Source of the DNA: a virus
Taxonomy: Duplodnaviria > Heunggongvirae > Uroviricota > Caudoviricetes
Virus record (IMG/VR): IMGVR_UViG_2600254997_000022
DNA: 20,766 nucleotides
Reading direction: 5' to 3' (one strand)
Made by a program: the position numbers and the translations under genes. Of the stretch, positions 15,938 through 20,766 are shown piece after piece. Under the pieces are notes generated by a model, which did not search any database, was not told where the DNA came from, and saw only the letters and a list, made by a program, of their open reading frames with translations. The number at the start of each line of letters is the position of its first letter. Position 1 is the first letter of the stretch.

Positions 15938-16124
15938 GTGCCACCTCCATGCGGATACGACCAGCAAAAAAGCAGACGTGATCGCGCACCAGAGAACGGC
16001 GAGCATCGCGTTCAGACTCGGCAGCAATATGATGAATTTTGGCGGTAATTGTCGGGTAATCGCGGCGAACTGCGGCGATAATCCAGATAAATTGCGGTTT
16101 TTGGGTAGTGGTAGTAGCCAGCAT
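15930..16124 (-). CDS. Possible Icd-like (host cell division inhibitor family) small protein, 64 aa
   Basis: AAGGAGG RBS 7 nt upstream. FIWIIAAVRR...ESERDARRSL...CFFAGRI resembles what I recall of P1 Icd-like proteins. Sits directly behind a c4-like structured leader. Confidence 0.45.
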   Translation of the reverse strand: MLATTTTQKPQFIWIIAAVRRDYPTITAKIHHIAAESERDARRSLVRDHVCFFAGRIRMEVAHD

Positions 16125-16143
16125 GTGGCAGCCTCCTTGTACT

Positions 16144-16261
16144 GGGAATTCTTCCCACCACCGGAGCTGCGAAACTCGCTGGTGGTGGACTGAACAGAGT
16201 TCGCAGTACCGGCGTACAAGGAAACCGGCCAGCCTTTCGGCTGCCCTGTCCAGCCCACCAT
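16144..16261 (-). ncRNA. Candidate c4 / CI-type antisense (immunity) RNA or cis leader
   Basis: Dense stems on the reverse strand: CAGCC-GAAA-GGCTG, GTAC-GCCG-GTAC, CCACCACC...GGTGGTGG, CTGCGAA...TTCGCAG. Two segments are complementary to the contiguous RBS region GTACAAGGAGGCTGCC of the downstream ORF: GGCAGCC (+ coordinates 16239-16245) and TCCTTGTAC (+ coordinates 16214-16222). Confidence 0.5.
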
Positions 16262-16281
16262 AATTTTACAAGCGACGCGGA

Positions 16282-16788
16282 TTATAACCACATCACCGAA
16301 AAAAGTGTGAGTCTGGCTAACGGCACAGAAAAAGACGCTCGGCGCGTCCATGTGTCGCCTCGTACATTTCCGGGCTTGCGAAACCCGGCACCCGTTTTAT
16401 GAGGTGCCTTATAACCATAAACCGTGTTGCCGCATAACGGCAAGCTCTTTTTTATGGACTCCGAAAACTCACTATTGGAAGAACCAGAAGCACAGTACAT
16501 CGCGCTCATTTCGTTAACGTCACGCGCGTAGACGAATGTTTTTGTGGAGTCACTACACGAGCAGAACAGGTGATCTACGACCAGAAATTCTCTGGCGCAG
16601 CCGCTGACCTTCTCAACGCTAACACCATCGACCGTAATTTCTGACATAGTTAAGGCATCCGCTCCTACCACCAGCAAATGATAAACTTTGCTTGTATCTG
16701 CTATATTAATGTCTGACTTTGCTGTCATATTGCTGGATTTTGGCGACATACCAGCCAGTGAAAATATCTTCTTCTGGGCGGTTAGCAT
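16282..16788 (-). CDS. Hypothetical protein (168 aa)
   Basis: GGAGG RBS 9 nt upstream. The ATG overlaps the upstream stop (ATGCTAA). The C-terminal ~40 aa look low-complexity, so the true end is uncertain. Confidence 0.5.
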   Translation of the reverse strand: MLTAQKKIFSLAGMSPKSSNMTAKSDINIADTSKVYHLLVVGADALTMSEITVDGVSVEKVSGCAREFLVVDHLFCSCSDSTKTFVYARDVNEMSAMYCASGSSNSEFSESIKKSLPLCGNTVYGYKAPHKTGAGFRKPGNVRGDTWTRRASFSVPLARLTLFSVMWL

Positions 16789-16964
16789 TTGTTAACCTCC
16801 GTGAACTCCTTCATGAAACGTGCCAGCGGTTGTACGCATGGCGATTGATACCCGTCGCGATAAAACGTCACTCGGTTGTGAGACACGCTTTCGACAGTAA
16901 CGAGTGCTCCGTGGGCATCTTTGTAGCGTTTTTGGGGTTGTGGTGTTCCTGTCGGTTTAAACAT
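16782..16964 (-). CDS. Small protein (60 aa from MFKPTGTPQ), possibly DUF4222-like
   Basis: GGAGG RBS. The ATG overlaps the antirepressor stop (ATGTTTAA). The KRYKDAHGALVTVESVSHNRVTFYRDGYQSPCVQP pattern recalls DUF4222 phage proteins, from memory. Confidence 0.5.
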   Translation of the reverse strand: MFKPTGTPQPQKRYKDAHGALVTVESVSHNRVTFYRDGYQSPCVQPLARFMKEFTEVNKC

Positions 16965-17790
16965 GGACCGCCTCCAGACGCTTGGCGAGCCAGCGTTGCG
17001 ACAGGCGGGTGAGTTCTCCTTTGCGCTGCTCATATTCCATGCCCATATCAATTAACGTGATATTGGTGCTTTCGAGATATGAGAGGTGCTCAAGCTGTTC
17101 TGCGTTCATATGGTCGCGAGGTTCGCCAGAATAGCCATTTATCCGCGCCCACTGCTTGGCAGTTAGCCCACCAAGAACGATACGAGAAATCATATTGCTC
17201 TCGTTTGTGTAGTGGTGTTGCTGCGTCGTTTTCCCCTGCTCGGCACGGGCCATATTCAGCGCATCGCACATTGGCTTAAAGTTGTTTGCGGCACTGATAC
17301 GGGCTTTTAGCTGGCGACGATAGCGGGCGGCGATTTCAGGCACGGTACGCTGTAATTCTTCCTCGCACTGGATGAAATAACGGCGGATAGCGCGACCCTG
17401 ATCATTGCGTTCGATCATTGCCAGTTCTTTCGCCATTCCGACACTTAACAGATAGTCTTTGCCGGGTCTGCCAGACTGCTTAATCTTGCTGTAAGCCGCG
17501 CCATTCGGGCTTTTCCCCAAATTTGGGGAAATTGTTTTATGGACTGAGTAATCGTGCCCAATGGTGAAGTCATATTCAGAGATGCGATCAGTGATCCATG
17601 TAGAGAAGTCTTTTCCCACGCCCAACGCTTTGTGTAACGCTTTTGCGCTAACAATATTGGTTTCACGCCCACCGATATGACCAGGAATAACCGGGACAAT
17701 TGCGGCAAATTCATTACCGTTAATTGTGCCCAGAGAGGCGTTCAGATGAGGGGCAGCCTCAGAAATTAATCTGCTTTTTTCGATGTTCAT
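16957..17790 (-). CDS. Phage antirepressor, AntA N-terminal domain plus KilAC (ANT) C-terminal domain (277 aa)
   Basis: VSAKALHKALGVGKDFSTWITDRISEYDFTIGHDY is AntA-like. GRPGKDYLLSVGMAKELAMIERNDQGRAIRRYFI is the KilAC/ANT signature. Confidence 0.8.
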   Translation of the reverse strand: MNIEKSRLISEAAPHLNASLGTINGNEFAAIVPVIPGHIGGRETNIVSAKALHKALGVGKDFSTWITDRISEYDFTIGHDYSVHKTISPNLGKSPNGAAYSKIKQSGRPGKDYLLSVGMAKELAMIERNDQGRAIRRYFIQCEEELQRTVPEIAARYRRQLKARISAANNFKPMCDALNMARAEQGKTTQQHHYTNESNMISRIVLGGLTAKQWARINGYSGEPRDHMNAEQLEHLSYLESTNITLIDMGMEYEQRKGELTRLSQRWLAKRLEAVHV

Positions 17791-17802
17791 TTTCAGTCTC
17801 CG

Positions 17803-18234
17803 TTAGGCGGCGTTAAACGCGTCCGGGTAGAGTTTCAGAATGTCGGCAATTTCCTGCTGAGAAAGTCCGTTGTGATCATTTATGTTCGCAAGATGGTTAA
17901 CATGAGTGATCACTTTCAGAACATCACCACGGCAGGAGAAACGGTAGCGAAGGTGTGTTCCGATACCATCAGGATTCTTTTCGTCGATACGCTCCAGAGT
18001 GATTCCAAGCTGGCGTTCTAACTCTGTTGCATAGTTACGACCAGATGACAGACGGCAGTAGCGAAGAATGTCATTTTCTGTCCATCCCTCTATACCAGTA
18101 CGCAGCATATAGACTCTGGCACGATGCTTTTTCGGTGTGCGCTTTGGTGCTTGAAGGGATTTTGTAAGGGGCGTAACATCAGATACGCGAATATCTGAAT
18201 TAGCCGCCTGTAATGGGCGGTTTTTCTTTTCCAT
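17803..18234 (-). CDS. Hypothetical protein (143 aa)
   Basis: ORF track. The start overlaps the alpA stop (TGATG). Basic N-terminus (KRTPKKHRAR). No motif recognised. Confidence 0.6.
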   Translation of the reverse strand: MEKKNRPLQAANSDIRVSDVTPLTKSLQAPKRTPKKHRARVYMLRTGIEGWTENDILRYCRLSSGRNYATELERQLGITLERIDEKNPDGIGTHLRYRFSCRGDVLKVITHVNHLANINDHNGLSQQEIADILKLYPDAFNAA

Positions 18235-18437
18235 CAGGCCACCTTCCCGCGGCGTTCTGCCAGCCAGTTGTGAATCTCAACCGCATCAAACGCAGTTATT
18301 TTTTCTCCCAGCTTTACCGGACGTGGTAGTGAACCGTTTCTTACTTTACGGTCGATGGTGGATACACTAACGCCCAGCAATTCAGCCAGGCGAAAGCGTC
18401 TGATATAGCCTTTTGTAGGGATAGTGTCGATGTTCAT
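18234..18437 (-). CDS. alpA: AlpA-family transcriptional regulator / excisionase-type HTH (67 aa)
   Basis: YIRRFRLAELLGVSVSTIDRKVRNGSLPRPVKLGEKITAFDAVEIHNWL matches the AlpA/HTH_17 pattern. Typical position near a P4-family integrase. Confidence 0.85.
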   Translation of the reverse strand: MNIDTIPTKGYIRRFRLAELLGVSVSTIDRKVRNGSLPRPVKLGEKITAFDAVEIHNWLAERRGKVA

Positions 18438-18504
18438 GATTCCCGTAACCTCTTAGCGATAGTTGTTGCTTCGTTACGAGAAATCTAGCTGTATAGATAT
18501 ACAA

Positions 18505-18532
18505 TGAAAAGGTACTGTAATTTTGCAGTACC
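18505..18532 (-). terminator. Intrinsic terminator after the int-orf316 unit
   Basis: Stem ggtactg (18511-18517) / cagtacc (18526-18532) with an 8-nt loop. On the reverse strand it is followed by TTTTC. Lies 12 nt past the stop at 18544. Confidence 0.7.
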
Positions 18533-18543
18533 TCTATAGTAAG

Positions 18544-19494
18544 TTAACTATCCACTTTGCCATTTGCCGCAGATCGTAGATGTTTAAGAATTACATCTTC
18601 ATTAGTTATCATAAGTGGTGGAACTTCGTCTAAATGACGAACAAGACAGTCACGCCACTTCTCAGGGCTTATTTCTTTCCTTTCTCCCCTGCATTCATTT
18701 GGATACTTACTAAGTATATAAATTGCAGATTTTAATAGTTTCTCCCTATTGACTGCGTACCGTTCGGCACGTTTATTAACTTTTAGCGTATTTATATCAT
18801 TGGATAACTTGTTTGCGGATGGTTTGTGCATGGGTCTGTCATAAATATATTTTCCTCCATTTATAAGAAGATTGTATTCATAGTCAGTTATATACATTTT
18901 GTTTCGGCTTATTTCATACCAGCCGTCAATATAAAAAGCTCCGATTTCATAATTATTCGATTTGCTAAACTCGTCACATCTCGGAGGCATCAGTTCGCAT
19001 ACAGAGATCTCCCAATCATCCCATTCTGATAGCTCCCGCTCATCGTTATCTATGAACGCAGGCGGAATTGCTAATAGACCGCTCCATCTTTCGATATCTC
19101 TTTCATCCTTCCCAACATTATATCGCTCTATAACTGAGAAATGTTCTGATTTGTATGAAAACCTCATAAAATACATATAGTTATCGCTATTTTTATAATC
19201 AGGTGATGATAAGCCATATGATTCGAGATTATCTGCCTTATTGCTCAGATCAAGGAGATAATTCTCATGTGCTGCTTTTGTATCTATATGAAAAATACTA
19301 TCTGTTTCAACTTTAAGTAATTCTGGCTCGGCATCTTCATTTTTTGGGTAATGGTAAAACAATTCAATAGGTGGAATTTTTATACATATTTCTAAAACCC
19401 CAATTGCTGCATAGTGTATTAAATCGGATACTTCACATCCGGCCAGTTTGGCTGCTTTATCCAAAGAATAATATTTATGCGCAGGTAATTTCAT
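18544..19494 (-). CDS. AT-rich orphan protein (316 aa) with an HTH-like N-terminus; function unknown
   Basis: GAGGAAAT RBS. The start is 18 nt after the int stop with no terminator between them. YSLDKAAKLAGCEVSDLIHYAAIGVLE looks like an HTH. No catalytic motif recognised. Markedly AT-richer by eye than int and alpA. Confidence 0.8.
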   Translation of the reverse strand: MKLPAHKYYSLDKAAKLAGCEVSDLIHYAAIGVLEICIKIPPIELFYHYPKNEDAEPELLKVETDSIFHIDTKAAHENYLLDLSNKADNLESYGLSSPDYKNSDNYMYFMRFSYKSEHFSVIERYNVGKDERDIERWSGLLAIPPAFIDNDERELSEWDDWEISVCELMPPRCDEFSKSNNYEIGAFYIDGWYEISRNKMYITDYEYNLLINGGKYIYDRPMHKPSANKLSNDINTLKVNKRAERYAVNREKLLKSAIYILSKYPNECRGERKEISPEKWRDCLVRHLDEVPPLMITNEDVILKHLRSAANGKVDS

Positions 19495-19512
19495 TATGAA
19501 TATTTCCTCTCA

Positions 19513-20766
19513 TCATGCTCTGATTGGCGTTACGTTGTAGTCTTTTCCGCTTTCCAGTGCCACCAGCAGATCTGCCCACTGTGCCAGTGCTGCTTTACGC
19601 TCATCAAAATACTGATGACGGTTATAAATCCCCTCTACGCCCTTAATGCGATGATTGAGGCATCGTTCCGCCACGACAGGATCAACACCCAATGCTGCTA
19701 AATGAGTACGTGCGGTGCGTCGGAAGTCGTGAATCGTGAAATTAGGCACATCCGGCATTTCGGCGCGAACCTTAGCCAGTGCTACGGGTAAAGTGCTTTC
19801 CTGAATATGTGGGATCATTCTGTTTTGCATCTTCCTGGCCGGAAGCACCCATGCGCTATTACATGAAAAGGTGTGTAGCTCTCTCAACCATTCAACGGCT
19901 GGGGAAGGTAGAGGTATATCAATAGGGTCTCCGTTTTTGCTGCGTTCTTCCGGCAAATGCCATACCGCACCATCTAAATCAAACTCTTCCCATCGTGCGG
20001 CGCATAACTCCATCTTACGAACGCATAGTGCCAGCAATAGTTTAAATGTCAGTTCGTTTTGGCGGCTGAATCCTTTTGCGGTGCGCATAGCCTCGAATAG
20101 CCTGATAAGCTCATCGCGAGTTAGCCAACGGTCGCGGGAAACCTCTTTACCACCAGCATCAGATACTTCAAACGCTGAACAAGGGTTTATCTCCAGAGCG
20201 TGGCGTTTTATCCCATAGTCAAAGATACGGCGTGTCCAGCGTAATACATCTGTTGCTATCGTTGGTGCTCCTCGGTCAACGATACCTTTCAACATGTCGT
20301 CAATGTGGCGTGGCTTAACGTCCTCTACCTTCATATGCCCAATGCAGGGGTTAATATCCTTATCAATTCTCCGGCGAAGGATATCGGGATGTTTCCATCT
20401 CGGAAGTATCTGGCGCTCGAAGTATTCGGAGGCCAGATCTGAAACACGCATGGCGTTTTTCTCAGCCTCCATTTTTGCCAGTGCTTCAGCTTTTCGTTCC
20501 TGTTTCTCTGCTGCTACGTCATAGCCAAGAGCAACTCTGGCTGACAGCTCTTTCGCTGTTTCTCTGGCTTTTGATAGTGACAGTTCGGAGTAAGAGCCTA
20601 TAACCATAGCCCGCTGCTTTCCTGCGAGCTTATAGCGGAATCGCCAGAACGGGACTGTGTAGTTTTTGGGGTAGCAAATATAAAGGCCGTTGCCGTCTGC
20701 CTTGCCATCAAATCTGTCTCCCGCCTTTATCCATGCGCGGATCTGCATATCTGTGAGTTTTGGCAT
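19513..20766 (-). CDS. Tyrosine recombinase / integrase, P4 (CP4-57/IntS-like) family (417 aa)
   Basis: N-terminal MPKLTDMQIRAWIKAGDRF..GNGLYI is DUF4102-type. The catalytic region contains HDFRRTARTHL and LNHRIKGVEGIYNRHQY. The ATG is the last three bases of the window. Confidence 0.93.
   Translation of the reverse strand: MPKLTDMQIRAWIKAGDRFDGKADGNGLYICYPKNYTVPFWRFRYKLAGKQRAMVIGSYSELSLSKARETAKELSARVALGYDVAAEKQERKAEALAKMEAEKNAMRVSDLASEYFERQILPRWKHPDILRRRIDKDINPCIGHMKVEDVKPRHIDDMLKGIVDRGAPTIATDVLRWTRRIFDYGIKRHALEINPCSAFEVSDAGGKEVSRDRWLTRDELIRLFEAMRTAKGFSRQNELTFKLLLALCVRKMELCAARWEEFDLDGAVWHLPEERSKNGDPIDIPLPSPAVEWLRELHTFSCNSAWVLPARKMQNRMIPHIQESTLPVALAKVRAEMPDVPNFTIHDFRRTARTHLAALGVDPVVAERCLNHRIKGVEGIYNRHQYFDERKAALAQWADLLVALESGKDYNVTPIRA

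Noticed and set aside
15719-16351. 210-aa minus-strand ORF spanning the structured leader
   Set aside because: Its upstream two thirds read through the c4-like region and overlap the RBS-supported 64-aa ORF in another frame. Only the last 72 codons, from the ATG at 15937 with a GGAGGTGG RBS, look genuine.
18512-18531. TACTG-N8-CAGTA palindrome that superficially resembles a LexA box
   Set aside because: The spacing is 8 nt rather than 10 nt between the CTG and CAG triplets. It is followed by a T-tract on the coding strand just after a stop codon, so it is better explained as the stem of an intrinsic terminator.
1-20766. Scan for CRISPR arrays, tRNA/tmRNA genes, rRNA, retron-like RT loci and P4 sid/delta/psu or cos-type functions
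   Set aside because: No regularly spaced repeat-spacer array, cloverleaf-capable segment, RT motif or capsid-size-determination homologue was recognisable by eye. Absence cannot be proven without tools.

Overview
Positions ~230-20766 look like one integrative island of the P4/satellite type, with almost all genes on the minus strand. From right to left:

- **Integration and regulation:** a P4-family tyrosine integrase, complete and starting at the last base of the window; an AT-rich 316-aa orphan; an AlpA-family regulator; a 143-aa ORF; and an AntA/KilAC antirepressor.
- **Immunity-like region:** a structured leader resembling the P1 c4 / P4 CI antisense RNAs, followed by an Icd-like small ORF.
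- **Replication:** seven translationally coupled small ORFs, a 919-aa zinc-ribbon/TOPRIM/Walker-A primase-helicase (P4 alpha-like), and an iteron cluster.
- **Cargo:** an operon with a perfect LexA box, led by a 53-aa ribbon-helix-helix gene. It encodes four translationally coupled proteins whose order, size and composition recall podovirus P22 ejection proteins gp14/gp7/gp20/gp16. The last and largest has an N-terminal SLT lytic transglycosylase domain. It is broken by an IS629 insertion (3-bp GTT target duplication) and probably by a homopolymer frameshift. A lipoprotein moron with its own promoter and terminator follows.
- **Left end:** about 1 kb of apparently decayed DNA, a second AlpA-family gene on the plus strand, a second inverted iteron cluster, and a PerC-like regulator.

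At the extreme left are a LexA box and the first 8 codons of what I recognise as chromosomal dinD. No capsid, portal, terminase, tail, tRNA, rRNA or CRISPR features were seen. All family assignments come from motifs and memory, because no database search was possible.
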